NCBI GenBank assembly: GCA_028534125.1 | Contig: CM052828.1 | Coordinates: 60,884,001-60,948,000, forward strand | Reading direction: 5' to 3' | DNA from: Lama glama | Lineage: Eukaryota | Length of the DNA: 64,000 nt | Shown: positions 25,501-37,500 of the stretch, piece after piece | Numbering within the stretch: position 1 is the stretch's first letter | Layout: the number at the start of each line of letters is the position of its first letter | Program-made: the position numbers and the translations under genes | Notes under the pieces: generated by a model | What the model saw: only the letters and a program-made list of their open reading frames with translations | Told to the model about the DNA's origin: nothing | Databases searched by the model: none

Positions 25501-28500
25501 ATCCTGGAGCCAGGGGGCGAGGAGTGGACACCAGGCAGCCCCAGTGTCGTCCCTGGTCTCCCTCTCGGAAGTGGTGCGGCTGCAGCTGCCTCGTTAGGGC
25601 GCCGCGGACAGCCACGTGGTGCCCGGGGTGGGGACGGACCGGCCGCAGCGGGAGGCTCTGCCCAGGAGCCGTCAGCTCTCTCCCTCTGGGTTTCAGGGGC
25701 TGGTAACAGAGCTCCATGAATTAGGCTAATCTGGGAGACTGACCTAAACGGTAGGTCTGACCACCCGACGACGCCCGTCGTACGGGAACTGCTGGTCAGC
25801 AGTGGTCGGTCTCCACTAGTCAGGGCGGGGCCTGCGAGGGGGCATAGGTTCTTGCAGAAACCTGTGGGTGGGGAGGTTAAGCTAGGGGAGCCGTCTGGAC
25901 GGACTTGGGCAGAGGTCACCTGGCAGAGAAAGCTGGGGGACGTGCAGCCCAGGGACGGAGGATGTGCGCCTCCGTCTCCATGTTTCTCGGTACCCGACTC
26001 GCTGGGCCGGGCTCCGGGCGGCAGCGCTGAGGTGAGAGGGGTGCTCAGTGTTCTGGGGGCACGTGGCCTTCCTTCAGGGCCCCTTGGGCTGGCCCAGCCC
26101 CCTCGAGGGGCTTCATGGGGGCCCTGTTGTACTGCAAAGCGTCTTTGTTTATTTTTTCCCTGGCCCTTGAAGTCACAGCCAGGAAGGCAGGTGTCACCGC
26201 TGGTCAAGGACGAAGCCCTAGGCCCCGGGGGACATCGCTGAAGTAGGATCAGGGGTCTGGAGAGGGACATGAAGAGGGGGCTCCCCCATGGAGTGTCACC
26301 GCAGGGTGTCCTTGGGGTGGGGATGGTGGGTCCAGCTCTTGGCAAGCCCAGCAATGGGATGCAGAAAAGCCGCACGGCCCCTGGGGTGGGGACACCTGGG
26401 TCAGACCAGCAAGAGGAAGGAGCTGCTCTCAGCACTGGTTTGGGGAGTCTGGTGATTTCACAAGAAGATGGGGTGTCTGTTGGCAGCTGACTGTGGGTGC
26501 CTGGGCAGCCGCACTGGTCCTCTGCAGGGCGGGCCTCTGGCCAGCTCCCCATGCTCCCTTCTGTAACGTCTCCCCGGGCATCCCTCGTCCCTCTGCAGCC
26601 CTCCTCCCACCGTGGCTGTCCTGCCCCCCAACTTCTCCCGCGGCACAGGCCTGTCCCAAGCCAGGCAGAGGAGCTCCCAGCTAGGACCTGTGTGGGCGCT
26701 GTCCACGGTCTGAGGCTGTGGTCTCGGTCCTACCCCTGTGGGCTGTGAGCGGGGCGGCCCTGCCCATCCTCACAGCAGAACACTGCGTGGAGCCCCTCGA
26801 CCACCTGCTCCTCTTTCCTGACCCATAAGTGGGTAGAATCAGAGAACTCAGAAGCAGAGAATGTGCAGGCCAGAGGGCTCCGCGCTTGCAGAGAGGTCTG
26901 GACTGTCCCGTGGCCTCCTCACTGCCCACCTCCTTTCTCTGTCCCTACGATCCAAAGTCGTGCAGATTAAAACTCACCTCGAACCAGCTCTGTAGCTGGA
27001 GTCGTGGTTCCCCAGCCCCGGCCGAGGTGCTGGCTGGCCCGGACTCAGTGTCCAGAGGGTGGCCTTGCTATGGTGACCACTCGGTGTCAGCTAAACAACA
27101 GGCCGTGGCCGGGGGGTGGTGAGTGGTCTCCCACTGCCCACCTGGAACAGTTCAGCACGGTGAACCCTCACCTGCCTGTGCATGGAAACACGGGGTTTCA
27201 GGTCACTCTTAGTTTTGGAAAGGTCAAAGAGTCATTTTCTACCCAGCAGACCCAACACCCATCTCAGAGGCCGGCCTTTTCCCAGGCACTACAGGCCAAT
27301 CTTAGACCTTACCCTCCCCTGGGTCACCACCTTTGCTGCACCTGCTGGTCCTCAGGCCTCCTGGCCTCAGGGCCTTTGCACTTGCTTCCTCCGCCCAGGG
27401 CACTGGAGACGGCTCCTTCCCAGGCTGCAGGCCACCTCCTTTGGGATGCCCTCTGTCCTGCACACCTAGGAAAGAAGCCGGCTTCACGAGGCTCACCTGG
27501 AGTGTCACCTGTAACCTGACAGCCCGGTGCCGGTCTCTGTCTCCCCTGCACAGGGGCCCCGAGAGCAGCACGTGGCTCCTCCGCAAACATGTGCTGGCAG
27601 GTGGGCTTCACCTGCAGAGAGCAGAGGAAGCCCAGGGCGCCACCTGCCTGACAGGCAGGGCTGCCTCTGCGCCCTCGCTCCAGCGCGCTCACCTGCCCTT
27701 CAGGCGGGACGAGCACCTCTGTTTCTTCTGTTTTTAAGGGGTTCTTGCCTCAGTAGGTCGGGCCTCTCCGGATCCTCGCGTCCAAGGTCGCAGGCACGGT
27801 CCACGCACAAGCCCCAAGGGCAAGAAGCACATTTCCCTCTGAAGCGGAGGAATGGCGGAATGGCGGCGCTTCGCTTCCGCATGGTGGGGCAGCGGTGCTG
27901 GGACGGGGCCCCGGGGTGGTTTGACCACGCGCAGCCCAGCCCCGCGGGCTCCGTCTCCAGGCGCCGTGTGTGTGGCGCTGGTCGGTGTGACTCTGCTCAC
28001 GTGTCTCCCTCCCGGTGGAGGGTGCGGCAGGGCCCTTTCATCCGGAGTGAATCTCCCGCGTGGGAGCCCAGCCCCGTGCTTCGCGGGCGCTGCGAGGAGG
28101 ACCGTCGAGGGGAGGGGCCCCGGCCCGATGTGCCTGCGGGACTGCGAGCCCTGGGCCCAGCGGCTGTTGGCAGCTGTGGGCTGGTTCCTCGGGGGCGGGG
28201 GGGAAGGAGTGGGGGGTCCTAAGGAGACAGAAGTGCACTCACCCACCGCTTACCCCGCAGTTGTTTCCAGACCACTCAGGGCACACGAGAAAGTATGGGT
28301 GTCGGGGGTACAGCAGGGGCCTGGGTGCCGCCCCCGGAGGACTCCCATGTGTGGGGGCAGGCCCCCCTCCTGCGGGAACCTGGGGCGCCCTGTGCTCGCT
28401 GTGTTCGGGAGGGAGGGGCTGCCACCTGGTGGACGCGGTCGGCAGCGCAGGCCCCTCCGGCCTTCCTCCTCGATGGCAGGAGGGGGAGGTGGGCGGGTGC

Positions 28501-31500
28501 TTCTCGAGAAGGGGCAACTCCCCACACCGGCTGGTCACCCCGCACAGTGAATGCACCAGCACAGCCTCGAAGTGGAGGATGAGATCTAGGACCGCGTGCG
28601 CTTTAAACGGAGACACAAGTTAAGTGGACGGACCTCTCGTGGAGGCCGCTTCCAGGACACTGACCTTAGAGCCGCTGACGAAGCTTCGTTGGTCCTTTAG
28701 AAACACCCCCTGGCTTTGCTTCAGTCATTGTGTGCGGGCGATGGGTCACTGGGTTAAGCCATTACATCTGGTTGACAGTCACCGGCCCTCGTGAAACGTC
28801 AGGCTGACGGCTGACGGGCAGGCCTCGTCCTGACGCAGCAGACGGTTGTGAGTGTGCAGTGGTCGTGGGTCTTTTGGAAGACGCCCCGTGGGGGAAGCTG
28901 GACGGACCAGTTCATCAGCCAGGGTGTCGGCCGGCAGCGCCCCCGCAGTGGCCACACAGGGCGGGGGGGCGCCTCTGAGCCCATCTTGGCTGGGGGCTGG
29001 TTCCACTGCCCGGGCGCCCACAGCTCTTGCAGCTCCTGATGGGTCGCGACCGTCTGCAGGCCGGTGGGGACAACTCCAGGGACTTGTGGCCAGCCTGCCT
29101 CCCTGCAGAGCTCATGCGACAGGAGGGGAGTGCGGGGGCGGGTGAGATGTGGCCGGATCTGGACACCCCTGGGACCTGGCGGCGACGAAACAGAGAGAAC
29201 CCTGCTGCGCGTGAACAGGAGGATCGGCAGCAGACGCCGAGGGTTCCAGAAGGTGCTCCGCGTGCGTCTCACTCCCCAGGTGGTGCTGTGTCTCCGTGCC
29301 CTTGGGGAGGGGCAGGTCACTCCGCGATTACAGAGGAGTGGCCAGCAGTGTGCACGTGTGTGTCTTTTTGGGTGTGCATTTAAGGGAGCCGTGTGGGTGG
29401 TGGGGGTTTTCAGTATAATTTTTCTAGTTGCGGAGAAACACATGTAACACGCAGCAACCTGCCGTCCTGACTGTTTCTAAGTGTGCAGTTCAGTGGTGTT
29501 GCCCGAGCGCACGCTGGTGTGCGGCAGACCCCCGGAATCTGTCGTCTTGTGGAGCTGAAACTCTGTCCGAGTTACACACTCCCTCCCTGCTCGCCGTCCG
29601 GCCCCTGCGCCCACCGCCTACTTTCCGTCTCTGAATCTGACGACTCCGGGACCTCACACAAGTGGGGTCACACAGAAGTCGTCGTTTCGTGTCTGGCTTG
29701 GTCCTCAAGCGTGACGTCCTCAAGGTCCATCCGTGTTGTAGCGTGTTGACATGGGGTAGACTCCATCGCGTGCGTGGACCACGCTGTGCTCGTCCGTCAT
29801 GTTGGAGGAAGCTGTGCTCCTGAGCTGGGTGGAAATCGGTCTTTGAAAACCAGGTGCGCTTTCCTTCCCGCCGTGAGACAGACCTCGGCACTGTCTGCGG
29901 ACGGACCTCCCCCCGGCGTGCGTCCGCTCAGACGAGTCCTGGGTACGTTCGTGTTGGTGCTGACGCGGGAAGAAACAACAACATAAAGAGTGAAAGGCGC
30001 ATGTTCTCGGGCTCTGGAGACAGTGCCGTGCTTCTGTGGGGAGTGGGCTGTTCCCCGGGGCTCCCTGGCCGGTGCCCGCGGTCCTCCGTGCGCGCCTGGC
30101 CCTCGCCACCCTGACGGGGCCGACGGGGCCGTGAGAACAGACACGTACTGTTGCCCCGGGCGGGAGAGTTTTGTAGAAAGAGTTGGACGGTGGGGGAGGG
30201 GACCGCTCAGCGGTGGAGCGCACGCTCAGCACACGCGAGGCCCTGGGCTCGCTCCTCAGCCCCTCCTCTAAAAAAGCAGATAAACAAATGACCCTGGTTA
30301 CCACCCCCCAATACAAAGGTGGATGTTTTTCTAGTCGCTATGCTTTCTGCCCGGTGGGCGCTCAACCAGCGGGCCGGTTTCTGGGCTGCAGGCTGTGGGT
30401 CACGGACCTCGGGACGGTGGCCCCCGGGGGTTCTGGGCAGCAGCAGGCCAGCAGGGGCCACCAGGTCTGGTGTGACCGAGGGCTCCCCCGGGCGGGCAGG
30501 GCAGGGGCGACTCGGTGGTCGGGTGCTTCCCTGACCCCAGGCCAGGCCCTTCGCGGGGTCTCTCTCTGCTCTAAGCTCTTGCAGGCACTGGGGTCGTGAT
30601 TCCCCATTTTAACAAAGGCAGGGAGGAGCGCAGGGCTCCTCTCTTACTGGGGTGCACCGTGCCCTCTTCCTGAGAAGTGCCCCGCCGCGGCCGCAGGAGG
30701 CGTCAGAGCTCACGGGGCTGATGGAAACCACGGGGTCACACCGCGGGGGGCTCGCCACTGCCCCTCCTTCCGGCCCCCACTTCCCTCCTGACCCCACCCA
30801 GGCGGAGGTCCAGCATCCACCCCAGGGGTCCGGACCTCCTTCCAGGATCTTCCTCTGGGGCAGAAGCTCGGACGTGCTGACGTGGGGTCTGATCATGGAA
30901 AGTCCCCAGGGCTTGTCCGTGGGACCTGCCTTAGATCTGGGAGCCGCTGGAAATGCACCCCCTGAAATGCACCCCCTGCACCCGGGTCTGCGTTTAACAA
31001 ACCTCGGAAGTCCCGGGTGCGCCGCTGTTGGGGACGCACTCGGGTGGGTTGGCCCCACCGCCCTCTCCACCCTGGCTCTCCCACCGCCCTCCCCTCTGTC
31101 GTCCCGGCATCTCTGTGTCTCCGCCCGTCTCTGCTCCAAGTTGTGTCAGGTCCGAGAACAGTTGCATCTGGGCCAAGAGCTGGACAGTGTGATGCCCGGG
31201 ACGGCTGGCCTCGCAGCGGGGAACTGCCCAGCCCTTGTCTCCTGACTCCTCACGCTGCTCCTGCCCGGATGGGGGGCGGGGGATGATGGGGGTCGGACCC
31301 CAGGCCACCGAGGGCCACCCCGGAGAAGTTCGCAGGCCCCGGTGTTAGAGGGGCACAGCGGACCCAAGGACACAAGAACCGGAAGTTGTGCGAGCTCCAC
31401 GCCATTTGTGAGTTGGAGCCAAAAGTGAGCTCATCACCCTCCCAGCTGCTGGGCAGCTGTCCAGGGCGGCCCCGCTGAGCCAGCTGCCAGGAGGCTGGAG

Positions 31501-34500
31501 GCCGGCATCTGTGTCCGCAGGGCCACGTGTGTCTGGGGTCCTGGGAGCACCTCCCTGTGCGGCTGCGGCTTCCAGGCCACTCCCTCCAGCTTCCTCTGCG
31601 GCCACCGCCGTCAGCACCGTCGGCCCGAGGCCTGGCGCTCGAGGGCCCTGGGGGCTGACCTCTGGTGCCTCTGAGCGGGGGCCGCCCGCCCTCTCCCCGG
31701 GCACGTGAGGTCACAGATGCGGGGCGGGTGTGGTGGAGGGTGAGTGGCCGGACCCCGGGACTGCAGGGCCCTGGCTCCTGGGGGCCTTGCTCTGGGCGCA
31801 GGGGGCGTGAAGGGCCCCTACATCCCCACGTGAGGTGCGTTCTGTGACGTCTCTGTGCCTCTGAGTCAGTGTTCCCCAAGTGTGGTGGGAATGAGAGGGC
31901 CCCAGCCGGGTCCAGGCATGTGGCCTCTTTGCTGTGTGTTCCTGGGGCCAGGTCCCCTGAGAGGAAAGGCCTGCCTGGCCTGACGCAGGAGGCAGCCCAG
32001 GGGTCGGGAGGAGGAAGGGGCTACTTTATCCTGCAGAGTGAGCCTGGGGGTCTGGACTCAGAGCCAGACCGTGGGGCTCACTTGTCAGTGCTCAGCAGCT
32101 GTGTGACTCTGGGCAAATGACTTAACCTCTCTGTGCCCCAGCCCCTCCACTCCGGGCTGATGAGAGAGCAGTGCCTATCTCTTGGGTCGTTGCGAGAAGA
32201 CTGGCCCCGAGCTTCAGTGCGACGCCTGCCCGTAGGACCCCTCCCAGCAGGAGAGAAGGGGGCCGGGCTGGGCTTCCCCCCTTCCCTGGCGCTGTGCGGG
32301 TGCCGGGCACCTGCCGGGCAGCAACACGACCGCAGAGCTGGGCCGTGTGTTCCCACAACGGGCCCGTGAGCTGCCTGCCCTGGCGTCCGTCCTCGCTGCG
32401 CAGCCTGCCTTCTGGGACGTGTTTTTGCGGGTCCAGTGGATTTCTTATATTTCGCTCGTGATTTTGATTCTAAAAGATTCTGCTGTCGGTGACTTTGCCT
32501 CCTCACGAGCTTGCGCTGGTCCTCCCACTGGTTGAAACATGAGCCTTTTGTGTTACGGAACTTTTACCGCGTGGTGTTCAAAAGTGCAGAGCGAGATAAA
32601 GAGCCAAGGACACCAGTTACGGGGGGCAGGGAGGTGGCAGAGGCCATGAGGTGACTCAGGTGACGGGGCTGGGGGCCCTGGGCCATCCCACCATGTGCAG
32701 CCCGGCTGCCCGCCCTGCTTGTGCCCGAGTTCTGCGCACAGGACACGCGCTGAGGGCAGCAGGGGCTGCCCAGCTCCATGGCAAAAACTGGGTACATTTG
32801 GGCAACAGAGGAACCTATTTTGGGGTCAGAACAGGTGTGCCATCCCAAGGCCTCCTGTGGAGTAGCAGGGACAACAGAGTCGGGGGTCCCGGACCAGGTG
32901 ACTCTGAGCAGGGGGGGTCCTGCACTGCCCAACGTGCAGAAGGGCTCAGCACACACCCAGGGGCGACTTGCTGTGTCGCCATCATTTCTCAGAGAGTCAG
33001 GATTTGGGACATCCTGGCTCAGGCCTTGTCGCACAGCGTTGACCTCAGGCTGAGCACGTCCACGGGGTCACTTGTACGTGATCCGGGTATTTCTGGTCCT
33101 TATTTGAACCCTGAGGTGGCTCCCAGGCGTGAGAAGGAATAGTTCAAGTCAGCGCCCCAGGCCTGCGCCCCCCTTCGTGTCCACGTGGATGGGCGGGCGC
33201 GCGCTGGCACCCGCAGCCGGCTGGAGGCGGCGTCACCCTGCGGAAGTGGCTCCTGGTTTCCACACTGTGACTCAGGCGCCTGCGTTAGGCTGTCACTCCC
33301 AGCGCTCAGATGCTGCTGTGCCAGTAGCCACATCTCATCTCTCGTCCCCAGCAGCTGCCTGTGCACCTCCGGGCGCCTCGGGGATTTTCTCCCCACGTTG
33401 TGGCAGTGCCGTCAGCGATTTGTAACATGGACGAACTCGGGACCTCAGACGCTGGGACTAGCGTGATGCGTGGGTCATAGAACTTACTGTGAAGGGGTCA
33501 GCCTGCTGGCCCACATGGAAGGGAAAATGACCCGGCTCTGACCGGGACAAACTGGACTCCGGAAAGATGGGCCCTGCCCGGCTCTCTGCGGCGTGAGCTG
33601 GCTCGTGTCAGGCTGGGAGACACACAGATGGGATCTGTCTGTCTCGGTCGGAGCGAGCTCTGGAAAGTGCCTGGCGGGGCCCTGGAAGGGCTGTGGTCTG
33701 CTCAGATGCCCACTCGGCACGTGTCTTCTCTCGCAGTGTGGAGTGGCAGGAGGGTGACAGGAGGAGCCGGTTTATTCTGAGGTTGCCGGGAAAGTCTGTC
33801 TGCCAGCTGCGCCCACTAACCGCAGCTCCCCCTCGTTTCAGCCTGCAGGATGCCGGCATTGGGTTCATCCTGGTCATAGACCGGAGGCAGGACAAATGGA
33901 CCTCAGTGAAGGCGTCGGTCCTGAGAATCGCGGTAAGTGTTGGAGCCCGGGCCTGCGACCGCCCCACCTTCTCTCCTCCCAGGCGGGTAGCACAGCCTCT
34001 CCCTTCTAGACACCCTTCTGCCTGGTGGCACTGTGGGCTCTGGCCCTTGCTGTCCGGTGGGACACAGAGCCATGGTGGGTGGTCAGCTCGGGACACCAGC
34101 CCAGTGCAGGAGCAGGGGCGCCTGGGAGCCCACACCTCCCTGAGCTCCTCGAGTTGCTGGGACACGTGTATGTGTGCGCACGCGCATGTGGGTATGTGCA
34201 CGTGTGTGTATACAGCGTGCCCTGTGGGTGGGTGCGCTGTGTGTATCCATGCACGTCCGTGTGTGTGCACACATGCCTGTATGTTCTCTCGCGGGGCAGC
34301 CCTCAGGGGCCCTGTTATTATGATTTGAAGACAGTCTCACCAGCTGCCGTGTTTCTGGCGTGGAGGTCACGAGACACTCAGGACTCACCGGGCACTCATT
34401 CCTCTGCGGGACCTTGAGAGCGTTACAGGGACTTTTCGGGCTAGAGGTTTGGAATTACACTGACGTTTTCTAAGCGACGTTCTCCTCAGATGGGCTGTTT

Positions 34501-37500
34501 AGTCTTTGGTTCTCTGGCCGCCACCTCGGTGGCCCTCGTTACCACGGAAGCCCCCCTCGCGTGGTGGAGGTGGTTTGCAGGCTGTGTGCCAGGGCTGGGC
34601 GGGGCTGTGTCCAGCGGTGATAACTGAGCGGGGGTGACGTCAGCAGAAAGCCCTGGGCTTATTTTCATCGGCAGCGTCCACTCCCGGCTCCCAAGCTGCC
34701 CGTGGAGCGCTCGTCACCAGCCTGCGTTTCGCCCACGCAGCCTCCTCACGGCCAGAGGACCAGAAAGTCCGCCTGTCCGGGCGAGGGTGCCCAGGGTCCT
34801 TGCTGGTGACTCCGTCGCTCCCATCCCCATGGACTGGACTCCCCCAGCCTCTGTTCGTTCTTGCCCCCTGGGCTCCGAGAAGCTCCTGCCCCTTGTCCAG
34901 GGCTGCAGGTGGGGCGGGTGAGCGGACTCCCTCCTGGCAGCCTCATTGTTCCATCTAACAACTCAGTGTCTGCTCCGATCTTACAGGTACAAACCCACCG
35001 GGGGCTGCTGGCCCCACCTTTGTCCTTCTGGCAAAGCGTCTCCCTCACGGCCCGGGGCGGCTCCGGTTCCCTGTGCCCACCGGGCACACACTCCCTATGT
35101 CACCGTCAATCTGAGACAAATCAAAACACTTCGGAATGTTTCAAAAGAAGTATATTATACAGGATATGTGTTACATTGTCAGCTTTTCTTTGTTTTTAAA
35201 TCCTTAGAAACATACAGAGTGCTTTGACATGCCATCACCAGTTAATAGCCAGTGTGTTTCTTTCTTTTTTTTTTAATTTTAAAACAAATTTTCACATGAT
35301 GTCCCATGAAAGGCTGAATTAAGAATTAAATTGTAAGAACCACTGGGTCAGTTGCATGATGCACTGACAACAAACATTTCTTGAATCAGTACGTTAGTCC
35401 TGGACTGGATGCCGAGAAATTTCCAGTCAAGTCTGTTGTTGCTTTAGAAGGTAACACTGTTAAAATAACCACATTTTTCAAATCCAGTGATCTGCCCAGT
35501 TCTTTCACGTTTATCCGTCACTGACTCAGGCATGTCCCGCTGTGCACGGGTGTACGAGCCCCTTTGCCCTGACGGTCGCAGATGTTCCTCGTGGGGCCCA
35601 GGCCTCTCGTCCTCACCGGCAGGTGCTTCTGTGCTGGTCTGCACACGTGCTGCCCCACAGCCCTGCACCCCAGTCCCCGCTCAGCCCCCCTTCCTGGAAG
35701 TGTGTCGTCGTTGTTTGCGCACGGGGGTCCCCGGCAGCCAGGGCCAGCCCCGTCCGTCTTCTCGTGGCTGGCACCCAGCCCAGGCCCCATGTGAGACGGG
35801 CACCATCAGTGTCCCTCAAGCTAATCAGTCATTCCTGGTCAGGTAACAAGACCGCCTCCGAAGGCAGGAGTGCTTTTCAAGGAACAGATACACTGCCTAA
35901 AACCGGAATAGTCCTCGAGGCCACTCGTAGGACGGCAGGGTGGCCCAGGGCAGACCCGGGCCGGGCCACGACCACCCGTGGCCTTGCGTCAGCATGGTTT
36001 TATTCTTCAGGTTTATCGCCAGATGAATTTCTGAAGCGAGCTGGCTCATCTTTAAAACTCTGTTTTGTGAAAATCATAACTGAAAAGTTAGAGTTTTCAT
36101 TGATTCTTACACAATAAAAATACAGATTTTTTTTCCTATCATTTTTTCTGTAAGTCTTAGGGTTCCCCACTACTGCTTTGGAAATCCTAGCGGTTAGCAG
36201 TTTTCCAGCAGAATTGGCAAAAATTCTCCTTGAAAACCCCAGGGCGTTTTGTTCCAAGAATTTACTGATTATATTACTGCCAGAAATTCTACTCACATAT
36301 TCAGCACATTTGTTGAGGCCCTACTGTGTGCCCTGGAGGGGGTGCAAGGGGATAAGCAGGAGCTACTAAGACAAGTGGGGTGCAGACGGCTGGCATTTGA
36401 TGAGGGTGTGACCAGATGCCGGGCGAACTCTCAGGGGCGCCTGAGACAGGGTGGTAGGGATGCTGGGAGCCCGGCCCTGCTTCCTCCTGCGTGTGCGTGT
36501 GCCCCTCTGAGCCAGCATGTGGGATCTGATCTCCACCCCGGCTCTGCGGTGGTGGGGACAGAGCTGCCACCTCGTCCGCAGGCAGGGGAGCTGGGGGACA
36601 GAGCTGCCACCTCGTCCGTGGGCAAGGGAGCTGGGGGACAGAGCTGCCACCTCGTCCGTGGGCAGGGGAGCTGGGGGACAGAGCTGCCACCTCGTCCGTG
36701 GGCAAGGGAGCTGGGGGACAGAGCTGCCACCTCGTCCNNNNNNNNNNNNNNNNNNNNNNNNNNNNNNNNNNNNNNNNNNNNNNNNNNNNNNNNNNNNNNN
36801 NNNNNNNNNNNNNNNNNNNNNNNNNNNNNNNNNNNNNGCCCTCTGGCCTGGACGATTCCACCAGGGCTGCAGGTGCCACAGAAGCAGGCCGGTGGCCGAG
36901 AGGCTCTGTTTATCCAGTGTGTTTGGCCGCCTGTGTGAGCCTCGGCCCTTACACATTGCGCTGTAATTCGGGGCTATTTTAAGCCACCGTGTATGCCACC
37001 TCGTGAGCTGAGCTTCCTTTTTCTTCTTTGGACGCCTTCAGCTTGGCTTGGAACAGAAACTAAGACATTGGAGGGACTGCGTGCAGTGCCCCTGAAGTCA
37101 GCCTTTGCTGCGTCCCCCTCGGGCAGAGGCTGCGTCAGCTCTGACAGGGCGTCGGGGTGAAGTGCATGTTTTCCTGTCACAGTTCATGGCTACGGCCAGC
37201 GGACAGGACCCAAAACTGGAGTTCAAACCTTGCTCTTTGTCCCACGGTTGGTTCAGGGTTTGGACTGTCCCTGGATGGATATGCCTTTGGTTAAATACCA
37301 CACGTGCTCTTCCAGGACTCCATTTAAAATTTAACCTCCTTCTTGTAAACCACACGTGTGCATGCAAGCGTGTGTGCGTGCGTTCAGGGACATTGTAACA
37401 GAGTGCTCATCTGTGTTTGGAGCCAGCCTGGCTCAGCTGAATCTGTCCCCTGGAGCACACTGCTGAAGGAGGTCACAGTTAAAGCCATTCATCGGCTGTG

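Noticed and set aside
25392-26552. 386-aa minus-strand ORF, and similar 200-350 aa Pro/Gly/Arg/Ala-rich ORFs throughout the window
   Set aside because: No recognisable domains. Long stop-free frames are expected at this GC content, and many are antisense shadows of MCF2L exons.
30192-30270. Functional tRNA gene
   Set aside because: The B box is degenerate (GGCTCGCTCC) and a SINE-type tail follows, so it is a retroposon.
34960-35350. AT-rich block ending AAGAACCACTG, possibly a hAT-Charlie remnant
   Set aside because: Only the terminus is suggestive; I cannot assign a family without a search.
36554-36737. CRISPR-like array
   Set aside because: Head-to-tail tandem units with no unique spacers, in a mammalian intron.
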